From Eledone cirrhosa (lineage: Eukaryota): a stretch of 64,000 bases of DNA. The DNA lies in contig OZ024742.1 in the NCBI GenBank assembly GCA_964016885.1, positions 130,696,001 to 130,760,000 of the forward strand. The letters are read 5' to 3'. The notes under the pieces are model-generated. The model saw nothing but the letters and a program-made list of their open reading frames with translations. It searched no databases and was not told where the DNA came from. The stretch's first letter is position 1. Each line of letters begins with the position of its first letter. Both the position numbers and the translations under genes were made by a program. Below are positions 41,101 through 57,910 of the stretch, piece by piece.

Positions 41101-41480
41101 TAGTGAAGGTGGTGAAGGTGGTGATAGTGGTGATGGTGGTGGTGGACGATGGTGGTGATTGTGGTGATAGTGGTGATGGTGGTGATGGTGATGGTGGTGA
41201 TGGTGGTGATGGTGGTGATGGTGATGGTGGTGGTGATGGTGGTGAAGGTGGTGAAGGTGGTGAAGGTGGTGATAGTGGTGAAGGTGATGGTGGTGGTGGT
41301 GGTGATAGTGGTGATAGTGGTGATGGTAGTGGTGGTGGTTGGTGGTGATGGTGGGGATGGTGGTGATAGTGGTGATGGTGGTGATGGTAGTGGTGGTAGT
41401 GATGGTGGAGATGGTGATATAGCTGTTGTTGGTGTTATAGCTATTGTTGGTGTTACTGTTGTTGTTGTGACGGTGGTGGT
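38174..41480. repeat. Degenerate (GGT/TGT/GAT)n low-complexity array
   Basis: Recurrent modules ggtgttagtgatggtgttgggagttgt; frame-breaking variants present. Confidence 0.95.
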
Positions 41481-41559
41481 GATTGTTCAGCTTATCCTTG
41501 TTTTGGGTCAATCATTTTCTAGTTTTCGTCGTCGTCGTCGTCAACGTCCTCGTTATTTA

Positions 41560-41675
41560 GAATTGTTTCTACTTTTGGCACAAGGCCAGCAATTACTCAG
41601 TATATTACTGGTACTTTATTTTATTGACCCCGTAAGGATGAAAGGTAAAGTTAACCTCGGCGGGATTTGAACTCA
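41560..41675 (-). mobile_element. SINE family A, truncated
   Basis: Consensus match. Confidence 0.85.
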
Positions 41676-41746
41676 GTAATGATCGCCAACCTGTCGTAGC
41701 TGTTTACATCGTTGTTGTCATTGTGGTGGTTATATTTTTGCCCTTA

Positions 41747-41896
41747 TGTTGTTGTTGTTGTTGTTGTTGTTGCTGTTTGTTGTTGATGCTGTCGTTGTTG
41801 ATGCTGTTGTTGTTTGTTGCTGTTGTTGCTGTTGTTGTTGTTATTGCTGTTATTGTTGTTGTTGTTTGTTATTGTTGTTGTTATTGCTGTTGTTGC

Positions 41897-41939
<43 letters not shown>

Positions 41940-42075
41940 GCTGTTGATGTTGTTGTTGCTGTTGTTGTTGTTGCTTGTTGTTGTTGTTGTTGTTGCTGTT
42001 GTTGTTGTTGCTTGTTTTTGTTGTTGCTGTTGTTGCTGTTGTTTGTTGTTGTTGTTGTTGTTGCTATTGTTGGTG
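41747..42075. repeat. (GTT)n microsatellite
   Basis: Direct reading. Confidence 0.95.
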
Positions 42076-42719
42076 GTAATGGTGATGGTGGTTATGACGA
42101 TGATGGCGACAATGGCGATCATCGTAGTTCTTTGTGGTGCGGTTGTCAAAGTAAATAATAGCTTCTTAAAATACTTAATGGATCTTCAGTCAAGAATAAA
42201 TAAATAAATAAACAAACAAATAAATAGACAAATAAAAATTACCAAAGTAAACAAACAAACAAACAATAAAAGAACCCAAAGAAAAGTGAACGAAATAGAA
42301 AGACAAACCAAATAAATGGAATCCGTTAAAGAAGACATGACATCTGGTCGAACAAGGATCTTTGTAAATGAAATAATTATGGGCAGAAAAAAAAGAAGCA
42401 ACAAAAGTTTACAACGAAAAACAAGATGAAGGCTAACAACAAGGGAAAGACTAATAGACAGACAGACAAAACTAATTCTTTTATTCTTTAATTCTTTTAC
42501 TGATTTCTGTCATTAGAATGCACCGTCTTGGTTTAGTTGATCACATCTACACTAGTACTTACCTTTTCTTCAAGTCTGGAACTTATTTCATCAATATCGT
42601 TTTTGACGCACCGCTAAGTTACGGGGCTAAAATACAGACACAGTCACGAACAAAAACATAGACATGGACACACATACACACACACACACACGCACAGACG
42701 CACGCACACACAGAGACAG

Positions 42720-42770
<51 letters not shown>

Positions 42771-43173
42771 AAGGTAAAAAGTAAAAGTGGAAAATGAGAT
42801 TAAGTTTTATCAAATATCACCGGTTAAGATTGGTAAGTTAATCTTACCAAATATTAAAAACGTTTCATATTCTGTGGGCTATTAGATCATATGAACATTT
42901 TCTCTCAAAATCTTTTCTTATGTATATTTTCTTTATGAAGGTGTGATGGTGAGAGGGGAAGTGGTGTCAACAGGTCAGGTTCCAATTGACTTACTAGAAT
43001 ATTCTATTGGTTTAATTAGAAGTACCCAGAAATGTAACAATTATAAAAAAATATTTATTGTGTCGGATTAAAGAAATAAAAAAGAAGGAATTTTAAAGTA
43101 TTCTCCCGTGCTTTTACACTTTTACTTTGTACTTATAATCTTCAATTTATATGGAAGTTTGTCCCCTTTCAAC

Positions 43174-43204
<31 letters not shown>

Positions 43205-43304
43205 TTTCCTATTACCCACTCTACTACCCAAAGTATCGAGTACTCTGGTGCGTTATGGTCCACCTTGTTCCTTACCACACTTCCTTCATTATATAAATAT
43301 ATTC

Positions 43305-43615
<311 letters not shown>

Positions 43616-43924
43616 AAATATATATATATAAACAGACTAAATAAAGATGGCGTAGGCATACAATGCAACGGGAGGAAACATAATAGCACCACTGACGATG
43701 TTGCAGATGTGCAACGAAAGAACTTTGTTAGACTATATATAAGTGTTTGTGTCTATATTGTATCTGTATTTTTGACCGTTGGCCAGTCAATGGTAACATT
43801 GAGGACCGAATAAATTAAATTAACCGATATAAAGGACACAGAATCGAAAACCAACCAAACAGTGAGTGTGTTCTGTTATTAATTCTGGCAATATTATTAC
43901 ACAAATATGACCCTCCCCAAGTAT

Positions 43925-43986
<62 letters not shown>

Positions 43987-44036
43987 ATACATTAACGGAG
44001 CCATAGGCTCTCGCCGTTCCCTGTAAATAATGTGCT

Positions 44037-44807
<771 letters not shown>

Positions 44808-44967
44808 CAAGGAAGCGACAAAACAGGGGAACAAAAATACTTATTAGTTTCACGCTTTATATGGAAAAAGAAATTTCGACGTGTCGGGCTTCAGCCCTTC
44901 TTTAGGGGTAAAAAAAAAAATAATAATACAGAAAATGAAAGGTAGTCCATAGTAATAAAAAATATAT

Positions 44968-45256
44968 ATATTGGCACGTGGCAAAGGTGTTGTACTTGCG
45001 ATCATTATGTCGTGGGTTCGATTCCTGGGTTGCGTGTTCTTGAGCAAAACACTTCATTTCCCGTTGCTCCAGTATACTCAGCTGAAAATGAGTACCAGCA
45101 ATAGCTGGGGAGGGGGGGGGGGGGGTTACCCCTGCAATGGACTGGCGTCCTGTCCAGGAGGGGGGGGGGACTTGTACACTCATGGCTTCACGCGATGAAA
45201 CCGGGATAAGCACCGGCCAAATGAGCCTCCTGGCTTAAGACAGACTTTAGACTTTA
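44968..45256 (+). mobile_element. CORE-type SINE (tail type 3)
   Basis: B-box ggttcgattcc, CORE-like body, tail ending cagactttagacttta shared with 57416-57705. Confidence 0.75.
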
Positions 45257-45319
45257 TATATATAAATGTATATAGAGGCCCTTGATATATAGATATACAC
45301 ACACACACAGACACACATA

Positions 45320-45379
<60 letters not shown>

Positions 45380-45502
45380 TATATACGCCAGCACCAACAG
45401 TTTTGCAAGAGATGTCAACATGAATGGACCTGTTATTTTTATCTAAAGACATTTTTTCCAATTGCAGCCCGCCCGTCCCCTCAATTTATTTTATTTCTCA
45501 TT

Positions 45503-45542
45503 CTTTCTTCTGATGAAGGACAAGCGTCCGAAACGTTAAGAC
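45503..45542 (+). ncRNA. Minimal hammerhead ribozyme motif
   Basis: CUGAUGA-a-GGAC-aagc-GUCC-GAAA-CGUUA with palindromic AACGUU stem III; stem I is weak. Confidence 0.6.
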
Positions 45543-45840
45543 CCTCTTCCTGCTATATCAACCGTTAACCTAATATATCCCTTCCATATACTGTACCGAT
45601 TGTGTTGTTATTTCTGTTTACCCTTTACATATATATGTATATATATATAAAGGATCTCTATAGTTTCAATCTACCAAATTCTATTAGCAAAGTAATGGTT
45701 ATTGTAGTAGTCATCTGCGAAATTTTCTGCTGAGCAAGACTGAACATAAAAACACATGGTCGCGGAGCTGACTCCTTAACTATGCACTGTGGGTATACTG
45801 CAGAGATAAATGTAATGTATGCCAACTAGGCATAATGATA

Positions 45841-46335
45841 ATAATTGTTTCTACTTCTGGCACAAGGCCAGCAATTATCTCAGTGTATTACTGGTACTTT
45901 ATTTTATCGACCCCGTAAGGATGAAAGGCAAACTTAACTTCGGCGGGATTTGAACTCAGAGCATAAAGGGCCGTAACTCTATGCAGCAAAGCATGGCGTC
46001 TGACACTCTACCGATACTGCTAATCCAGAAAAATACTAAAATACTAATAATTGTTTCTACTTTTGGCACAAGGCCAGCAATTACCCAGTGCATTACTGGT
46101 ACTTTATTTTATCGACCCCGTAAGGATGAAAGGCTAAGTTAACCTCGGATGGATTTGAACTAAAATACTAATAATTGTTTCTACTTTTGACACAAGGCCA
46201 GCAATTACCCACTGCATTACTGGTACTTTATTTTTATCGACTCCGTAAAGATGAAAGGCAAAGTCAACCTCGGCGGGATTTGAACTCAGATCGTAAAGGG
46301 ACGTAACTATGCTGGAAAGAATGGCGTCCGACCCT
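45841..46335 (-). mobile_element. Three head-to-tail SINE family A copies
   Basis: Consensus matches starting at ~45841, ~46048 and ~46170. Confidence 0.9.
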
Positions 46336-46493
46336 CCACCGATACTGCCAATCCAAATGTATATCCACTAGACACTAGTGATATAGTGGGGAACTAAAAA
46401 TAATGTATACCCTTTGATTCCAGATATAATCTTCTTTTATTCGTTTCATTTAACTGTGGCCATGCCGGAGCATGTCTTCCGAGAATAAAATAT

Positions 46494-46540
46494 CTTCTTC
46501 TTCTTCTTCTTCTTCTTCTTCTTCTTCTTCTTCTTCTTCT

Positions 46541-46591
<51 letters not shown>

Positions 46592-46674
46592 TCGCTCTCT
46601 CCCTCTCGCTCTGTCACTCTCTCCCTATCTCCCTCCTCTCACTCTACCCCTATCTCTCTGACTGTCTCTCTCTC

Positions 46675-46732
<58 letters not shown>

Positions 46733-46753
46733 CCTCCGTCTCTCTCTCCCTCC

Positions 46754-46800
<47 letters not shown>
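46494..46800. repeat. (TTC)n and (CT)n microsatellites
   Basis: Direct reading. Confidence 0.95.
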
Positions 46801-46806
<6 letters not shown>

Positions 46807-47104
46807 AAGGTTAATGGGAGACAACTCCCAATCTTTGTTACCTCGTTTGTTTGGATTTACTTCTATTTCTATATTCTTCTGTTCGTCTCCATTTTTCACT
46901 GATAATTATAATTTTTTTGAAATGTCTATACTTCCATCCAAGAATTTCTCAGAATAGATTCTTTGATGGAACGGATTTTTTCTTGTTCATCAAAAGGATA
47001 TAGTATGGTATACACAATAATGGCTGTCTTTAGCGTGATAAAGTTCGGGATGTTAATCGTTGGAAAGGAAATAGATAGACTGAGAAAAGAAAGAGAAAGA
47101 CGAA

Positions 47105-49140
<2,036 letters not shown>

Positions 49141-49254
49141 CATATTTATACACACACACACACACCACATACAAACACACACACACACATATAATATACA
49201 ATATCCTGTATGTATTTGTATATGTATATATAAATGTCTGTCTCTGTCTCTCTG

Positions 49255-49287
<33 letters not shown>

Positions 49288-49669
49288 ATGTATGTATGTG
49301 TATGTGTGTGTGTGTGTGTGTGTACTTGTAATATTTGATTTAGAAATCCCATAATACGATTTGAAAGGTTAGAAACTAGGCAGATGTTCGATTTTCCCAT
49401 GATAAAAAGAAAGAAAATATACATAAGACACATAAATATAATTATAAAAACGACAACAAAATGATCACAAAAACTACACCAATAACAACAACAACAACTA
49501 CAACAACTACAACAACAATAATAATAATAACGACGGCCACGAAAGAAGAAAACGGATCGAAACCATTATATAAGAAACTAAAAGATTCTTAGTGATACCG
49601 TATCGTCAATAGTATGGAACGCCTTTTAGTATTAGAATCCAGTATTGGTATGCCAAATATAGCATATAT

Positions 49670-52160
49670 GTTGAAACTGAAAGATTGGAAGAAAAGAGAA
49701 TGTATGGGTGATTGTACAGGGACACAGAAGCCAAAACCACTTTGGAGAAGATATGTCTATGGATGCAGACATGTGTTCTTAAACAGGAAACGGAAGCCTT
49801 AATTTGTTCAGCGTAGGGAAAAGCCCCGAGGATAAATTATGTTAAACACAAGATCGACAACTCGGGTGAAACAGAGAAGACTAGGATATGCGGAGAAAAG
49901 AGGAGAAACTGTGTGGCATATCACCAGCCAGTGCACAAAGTTGGATAGAAAGAATACAAGCGACGCCATGATAATATAGCAAAAATCATTCATGGGCAGT
50001 TATGTAGAAAATATAGCATCGAAAGAGCAAGTCAGTGGTATGAAGACAAACCAGGCGCTATAGTAAATGACCCTGTCAAGATTCTATGAGACTTCATGGT
50101 CCAATGTGTCCATGAAACTGAACATCGCAAATCAGATATTGTGGCGGATCAACAAAGTTAACGATGTTTGAATCTCGACGCGGCTTGTTGACAGACAATA
50201 AGATTTGTGACAACAAATTGAAGAAGTTTGAGAGATACGGATCACTAGGATGAGAGACACGGATCACTAGGATGAGAGACACGGATCACTAGGATGAGAG
50301 ATACGGATCACTAGGATGAGAGACACGGATCACTAGGATGAGAGACACGGATCACTAGGATGAGAGACACGGATCACTAGGATGAGAGATACGGATCACT
50401 AGGATGAGAGACACGGATCACTAGGATGAGAGATACGGATCACTAGGATGAGAGATACGGATCACTAGGATGAGAGATACGGATCACTAGGATGAGAGAT
50501 ACGGATCACTAGGATGAGAGACACGGATCACTAGGATGAGAGACACGGATCACTAGGATGAGAGATACGGATCACTAGGATGAGAGACACGGATCACTAG
50601 GATGAGAGATACGGATCACTAGGATGAGAGACACGGATCACTAGGATGAGAGATACGGATCACTAGGATGAGAGACACGGATCACTAGGATGAGAGACAC
50701 GGATCACTAGGATGAGAGACACGGATCACTAGGATGAGAGATACGGATCACTAGGATGAGAGACACGGATCACTAGGATGAGAGATACGGATCACTAGGA
50801 TGAGAGACACGGATCACTAGGATGAGAGATACGGATCACTAGGATGAGAGATACGGATCACTAGGATGAGAGATACGGATCACTAGGATGAGAGACACGG
50901 ATCACTAGGATGAGAGATACGGATCACTAGGATGAGAGATACAGATCACTAGGATGAGAGATACGGATCACTAGGATGAGAGATACGGATCACTAGGATG
51001 AGAGACACGGATCACTAGGATGAGAGACACGGATCACTAGGATGAGAGATACGGATCACTAGGATGAGAGACACGGATCACTAGGATGAGAGATACGGAT
51101 CACTAGGATGAGAGACACGGATCACTAGGATGAGAGATACGGATCACTAGGATGAGAGACACGGATCACTAGGATGAGAGATACGGATCACTAGGATGAG
51201 AGACACGGATCACTAGGATGAGAGATACGGATCACTAGGATGAGAGACACGGATCACTAGGATGAGAGATACGGATCACTAGGATGAGAGACACGGATCA
51301 CTAGGATGAGAGACACGGATCACTAGGATGAGAGATACGGATCACTAGGATGAGAGACACGGATCACTAGGATGAGAGACACGGATCACTAGGATGAGAG
51401 ACACGGATCACTAGGATGAGAGATACGGATCACTAGGATGAGAGACACGGATCACTAGGATGAGAGACACGGATCACTAGGATGAGAGACACGGATCACT
51501 AGGATGAGAGATACGGATCACTAGGATGAGAGACACGGATCACTAGGATGAGAGATACGGATCACTAGGATGAGAGACACGGATCACTAGGATGAGAGAT
51601 ACGGATCACTAGGATGAGAGACACGGATCACTAGGATGAGAGATACGGATCACTAGGATGAGAGACACGGATCACTAGGATGAGAGACACGGATCACTAG
51701 GATGAGAGATACGGATCACTAGGATGAGAGACACGGATCACTAGGATGAGAGACACGGATCACTAGGATGAGAGACACGGATCACTAGGATGAGAGATAC
51801 GGATCACTAGGATGAGAGACACGGATCACTAGGATGAGAGATACGGATCACTAGGATGATAGATACGGATCACTAGGATGAGAGATGCGGATCACTAGGA
51901 TGAGAGATAAAACATTTGTAGGCAATGAAAAAGGTTGAAGTGATCCCAGTTGTAGTTGGGGCACTTGGAACAGTGAGAACCAACATTGAAAACTATTTCA
52001 AAGAAATTGGAGCCAACATCAGGCTGGAGCCCCTACAAAAAACAGCATTCCTTGGAACTATCAGGATACATAGAAAAGTTCTTGACAATTGAAGGAGCCA
52101 CCTCAGTCCATTAGTAGTAGAATTACATCACCAGCAACAGATGCTGAGCGACAAGCGGAT
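49670..52160 (+). mobile_element. R4/Dong-like non-LTR retrotransposon 3' remnant (zinc knuckle and restriction-like endonuclease), split by a minisatellite
   Basis: Degenerate translation LKQETEALICSA, ICGEK.ETVWHITSQC, EYKRRHDNIAKIIH, KIL*DF, HRKSDIV; after the array EIK...KKVEVIPVVVGALG...LQKTAFLGT.RI.RKVL. Confidence 0.88.
50229..51909 (+). repeat. 22-bp minisatellite TGAGAGA[T/C]ACGGATCACTAGGA, 76 copies
   Basis: Unit starts at 50229, 50251, 50273 and so on up to 51901. Confidence 0.97.
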
Positions 52161-52244
52161 AATAACAACAACGATGACCACAGGAGATAAAATGGATTGA
52201 TTACAGTTATATAATAAACTAAGAGAATATTAGTTACTGTCATA

Positions 52245-52565
52245 TCGAATGAATACACACACGTATACCAGGTCCGAATACAGAGGAGCCGAACTTCCAC
52301 TGCCATAGTCTCCATCTCTCTCGCCCTACCCATCTCTCACTATTATTAGCAAATGGGGGTCCCACGCGCTGGCTGCTCCACGGCCCTGGCGGACAGAATA
52401 GAGAAGGCGTTTCCTCGGAGGGAGAAGCGCTGCAAGAGCCACTCCATCTCGCGTGGCTCACACCTGCAGCTAGCCAGCTCAGCGCCTATGGTAGTAAGTA
52501 AGGAGTTAGCCCTAGGGCCAAGGACACCAGAAGTCTCCACTGATAGGGGCTCGACTGCAAGACAC
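52245..52565 (-). mobile_element. CRE-like non-LTR retrotransposon 3' fragment (RLE C-terminus)
   Basis: PLSVETSGVLGPRA...EPREMEWLLQRFSLRGNAFSIL matches the P..VET.G..G / QR.S....RGNA motif of CRE-clade endonucleases. Confidence 0.75.
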
Positions 52566-53162
52566 CTTATCTTCAATAGAGCTGAACGTCTTTTAGTTTT
52601 GGATTCGAGGATTGGTATGCCAAATATAGCAGGATTATCTGATATATGAACAATCACACCAACATCAGAAAACTATATAGTTCATATAGTTACTAACACG
52701 TGGAAGTGATTTAAAGATAAAAATGATATTTTAATCATTCTTTTTTTTTTATATAGAAGTAAATCGTTTTATTAATAAAAATTTAAAAAAATCATAAACT
52801 AATCTACTTCAAATAACACTACAGATATTTAAACATTTATTTCTGATATATAATTACGTTCAGCGTATATGTATAAGTGATACACAACATTAAATGTATG
52901 AGTAACTCTGTAAAAATAATTATTTACAGGGACAAAACCTAGGACCTTGTGAACTTCTTACGTATTATAACAGCCTGGCTGAGATAGGTAATACATTGTA
53001 TATGTGTGTGTGTGTGTGTGAGTATGTTTGCATGTATAAACTTTAAACACACACACACACACACACATTATATTATTTATTTAAGGTCATACACAGAACA
53101 AGGTGCTACCTAAGGTTTCAAGGCCCAATTTTTCACATTCATCGATATTTTACTACCCCCCC

Positions 53163-53230
<68 letters not shown>

Positions 53231-53356
53231 GAATATATATATATATTCTTTGTAAATGTACAAAGTCTCGAACGTAGAAAGTAACTGTGAACACAGTCGA
53301 TAGCTATAGACAATAGCTTAGAAAATCGGGTAAAATACACCTAGAGACAAAAGATG

Positions 53357-53541
53357 TGGCCAATTGGCAGTATCGGTAGAGGGTCGGACGATATGCTTTG
53401 CAACATAGAGTTATGGCCCATTACGTTCTGAGTTTAAATCCCGTCGAGGTTAACTTTGCCTTTCATCCGATAAAATAAAGTACCAGTAATGCACTGGGAT
53501 AATTGCTGGGCTTGAGCCAAAAGTAGAAACAATTATTATTA
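53357..53541 (+). mobile_element. SINE family A, full length
   Basis: Consensus match. Confidence 0.88.
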
Positions 53542-53859
53542 TGTTTGATAGTGCATGTGAGTATTCTATGCATATTTGTACATCGTTTTTACATTCTTAT
53601 CAATGTCTTCTCTCTTTCTTGTCCCATCTCCCTTCCTCTCTGTCTTTTGAATGTTGTAAATGCCTTGTATTTTAGTTTGCTATGTAGGACGTGTTATGTA
53701 TATGTTGCTGATTGTAATGGTTGGCTGTCATGTAATATTCACTGATGTTGTTCATATGAAGAGAAACAATAGATCTAATAAGTGTTTACTACTAGTTACT
53801 GCTTTGGTTTCTAATTGGATGATGTAGAATTAGAAGGAATGGCTCTTCCAACGCATCCC

Positions 53860-54030
53860 CCTTACCATCCTCCGGGGAAACACCTTCTCTATTCTGTCCG
53901 CCAGGGATGTGGGGCGGCCAGTTCGTGGGACCCTATTTGCTCACTATACAGAGAGATGGGGGCGATGACGGTGGGAGTTCGGCTCTTCCGTGTTGGGACA
54001 CATTGCACCTGTCAAGAGTGTATTTTCATT
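53860..54030 (+). mobile_element. CRE-like 3' fragment, opposite orientation to 52245-52430
   Basis: ctccggggaaacaccttctctattctgtccgccaggg...gttcggctc. Confidence 0.65.
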
Positions 54031-54834
54031 TAAGCTGATGTGTGGATAGATAGATGATGACAGACTGGCTGGTGAAGCAAGGAACAACTGGAGAAATAAT
54101 CACACCTACAAATAACCATTAGAACAGTTTTGAAGCCATGTACGAGGAAAGGGTGGGAGGTAGTAACTATTTGTATAAGGCTGTACACGTGTTTTACGGT
54201 CTTGTATGTAAGAAGTTAAATAGAGTGCGTGAGTGGACGGATCTTTGTACCACTCACTCCATCTGAAATGTTGCAAATTACGGATGCGGTTGTTTTGCCC
54301 ATTATATAGGCTTGGTGACCAGAGAGATAAATTTGCTATCAACCTTTTGTCAATTCTCTTTCTTAAGAATGATAATGATGACAAAAACTGATAAATTCGA
54401 TAGAACATTTAACAGTGTTACACCAAAGCGAAGTCCTTTGTATATACCCCACTTAAATAAATTTATGTTAGAAGCCCATAATGAATCAAACAGACGATTT
54501 TATCGTTCGAACATTTTGTTTTTTAGGCAATAACATTATTTTTTATTTGCATATCCGTAAAAAATTTATTCCCTATTACAGTTTGTGTGAAAGATGACAT
54601 TAAATAAAACAGTTTTGATCGCTATAAATCAAATGTATTATGTATATGTTATATATTCTTATAGTGTTCCAACATCATATATTATCGAGTTACTATAATA
54701 GATCTTGGCTGTATTTACTTTTACTGGATTCCAGTAAAATTTCTTGGCTCTGTTAGTATATATTATATGTAAACCTTACAGCCTTGCAGTGTTCCAATAA
54801 GAGAATATATCTATGTGTATACACACGCTCACGT

Positions 54835-54912
<78 letters not shown>

Positions 54913-54931
54913 AAGTGGCTATATATATACA

Positions 54932-55030
<99 letters not shown>

Positions 55031-55238
55031 TATATACAAACCCATGCTAGCGTGGAAGATGGACGTTAAACGATGATGATGATGATGATGATGATATATA
55101 TATATATGAACCCATATATATAGTGCGATCCTATACTAAATTTACTTTTACTACCTTCCAGACATATTTACTACATGTATTCCAATATCACACACACAAA
55201 TACTTCCACACACGGACGCATAAACACATACACGCAGC

Positions 55239-55603
55239 ATGTATGTATGTATGTATGTATGTATGTATGTATGTATGTACGTATGTACGTATGTATGTGT
55301 GTATGTATGTATGTATGTATGTATGTATGTACGTATGTATGTATGTATGTATGTATGTATGTACGTATGTATGTATGTATGTATGTACGTATGTATGTAT
55401 GTATGTATGTATGTATGTACGTATGTATGTATGTATGTATGTATGTATGTACGTATGTATGTATGTATGTATGTACGTATGTATGTATGTATGTATGTAT
55501 GTATGTATGTATGTACGTATGTACGTATGTATGTGTGTATGTATGTATGTATGTATGTATGTATGTATGTACGTGTGTATGTATGTATGTATGTATGTAT
55601 GTA

Positions 55604-55636
<33 letters not shown>

Positions 55637-55755
55637 GTGTATGTATGTATGTATGTATGTATGTATGTACGTACGTACGTACGTACGTACGTACGTATGT
55701 ATGTATGTATGTATGTATGTATGTATGTATGTATGTATGTATGTATGTATGTATG
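55239..55755. repeat. (TATG)n microsatellite
   Basis: Direct reading. Confidence 0.95.
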
Positions 55756-56021
55756 TGAGTTTGTATTATGTTTGTGTGTGTGTAATACGGTCTATGTTAT
55801 ATCTAGTGTTACTGTGCTTCAGTAATATTTATTGCTCTTCAGTTCTGTATATATCGTAATGAATGTTGTAGCAATACATTAACTTTAGCTAAGTTAATAC
55901 CACTAATAATTCTCAACTGAAACAGGCCCCATCACTGTGTTTCTGATGTCCTAACATAGATCTCCTTTTCCTCTTCAAATCATTCTGAAACTGATATCAT
56001 ATATTATAAATGTACAAGTTA

Positions 56022-56330
56022 GAGGCAGGGAATTGGTAGATCCGTTGGAACGTCGGATACAATGCTTTGCAGTATTCGTTCAAGCTCTCTTTTCTCTGAG
56101 TTCAATTCTCGCCGAGGTCAACCTTGCCTTTCATCCTTTCGAAATCGATAAAAAAAAGTACCAGTCTAGTTCTGTGGTCGATTCTTCCTCAATATCTCTT
56201 TTTCGTTTCCTCTCTCTCACTCACTCTTAATCCTTCTCTGGATGAAATCTGCTGGGTTCAGACCTGGAGATGGATGGACTACCCCAGGCTTAAAATGCCC
56301 AAGAAAAGAACTCCATCAGGAGTTGCGGGA
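56022..56330 (+). mobile_element. SINE family A variant with the alternative tail
   Basis: Colinear with 26438-26790. Confidence 0.7.
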
Positions 56331-57415
56331 CTTAAAGAAAATATGTATAAGTTAAGGTGGTTGTTAGAGCGTCTGCCTTCTGAGTTCAAATCCTGCTATG
56401 GTTCCCTTTGCATTTCATTTTTCTTTTATTCTACAAAGAAAATGGTCCAGTGTTTATGCAGTCCTCTCTTCCAGTTTTCACATTCCAGATCTTCCGCTGG
56501 ATCAAGAGAAAGAGTGTTGAGAGAGTGTCTGTGCGCTCGCGAGAGCACGGGCACCTAAAACCCTTAGTCAAAACATTGTACATAGTGTCAAATTATATTC
56601 GATTATAAGTGAAGGCTGTAGTAGTTTGTATGTACAAGCATTGCAGCATAAAAGTTCCAAGTTTGCACCTTGTTTTCAATTGCAATTGCGAATTGAAACT
56701 TTACTTTACTTTACTTAATCTCTAGAGTTCATGCGAAAGACTTGTATATAAGAACATTTAACTTACTTTTTTAGACAGATCTGAGAATTTACAAAACACA
56801 TCTAGGAATAAATATTTTAATAATATATTTATACGAAATATTTATAGAAAGAGCTAACTCAGGTCAGATGGTAACCTCACCAAAAAGAGGCGAACTCAAA
56901 CTAGCTTGCAACCCAGTCCGAAACTTGAGTCTTGAAGAGTCTAAATATATTTTCTGAGACTAGAACCACCGAGTAGACATGAAATCGACTATACTGAGCT
57001 GCATCCATTCAAGGACAAGCACACAACTTGCATCGTGTATGAATTCAAGTAGCTTTGTTGAGATTTTGAATTTCATTTCAAGCTCATGGTTTTCCGTTTC
57101 TATTCTATTATTTTCCCCTCCATAGATGCAGTGTAGGTTGATTGTGGATGAGGCCTGTTCACATAAGGTTGAAGATTAAGAGGGAATGGAAGGCAATATA
57201 ATTTGTTTAGAAGTGTTGTAGAATTGTATAAGAACATTTTAATATATAGGGAAGTATATTAGAAACGTAATCGAAGCTTGAGACACATTAGATTTCTTGG
57301 AGTAGGTTTTGTAAAGAGCCTCGTTATAACACGCTGCAATGAACGGGTTTGCTAGGAAACGTCTGAATTAATAGATGAAATTTGAATTTCCAAGTAGGCA
57401 ATTTAATAAGATAGT

Positions 57416-57910
57416 GGTGGTGCGTGGTCTAGTGGTTAGGGTGTTGGACTTACGATCATAATGTCATCAGTTTGGTTCATGGACTGGATTGTGTGCTGTG
57501 TTCTTGAGCAATACACTTCATTTCACGTTGCTCCAGTATACTCAGCTGAAAAAGGAATACCAGCAATAGCTGGTGGTTTAAGCCTGCGATGGACTGGCGT
57601 CAATTCTAGGGGGTAGTCTTGTACTCTCAGTAGCTTCACGCCACGGAAACTTTGAGAAACACCGGCCTGCTGAGATTCCGGGTTCGAGACAGACTTTAGA
57701 CTTTAGAATTTAGTAAGGAGTTTCTCATGCAATCGAAAGGTTGTTAGTTCAATTCTCGGACCGGGTGATGTGTTGTTTCCTTGAACAAGACACTTTATTT
57801 CACGTTGCTCCAATTTACTCAGCTGTAGAAATGAGATGATAGACACCTCCAACGAGATATACCCTGGAGGAGGTCAGCTAAACCTGCATAGGTGTGGGCT
57901 GTCACACACA
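57416..57910 (+). mobile_element. Two tandem CORE-type SINEs (tail types 3 and 1)
   Basis: tRNA-like head ggtgcgtggtctagtggttagg and CORE-like bodies. Confidence 0.75.

Noticed and set aside
38174-41511. Gly/Cys-rich (keratin-associated-like), Gly/Asp-rich or Pro/His-rich protein
   Set aside because: GGT-triplet low-complexity DNA. Frame-breaking module variants are themselves amplified (39090-39600), and there is no credible start, signal peptide or splice context.
50229-51909. CRISPR-like array
   Set aside because: Units are contiguous with no unique spacers, there are no cas genes, and the unit derives from retrotransposon coding sequence.
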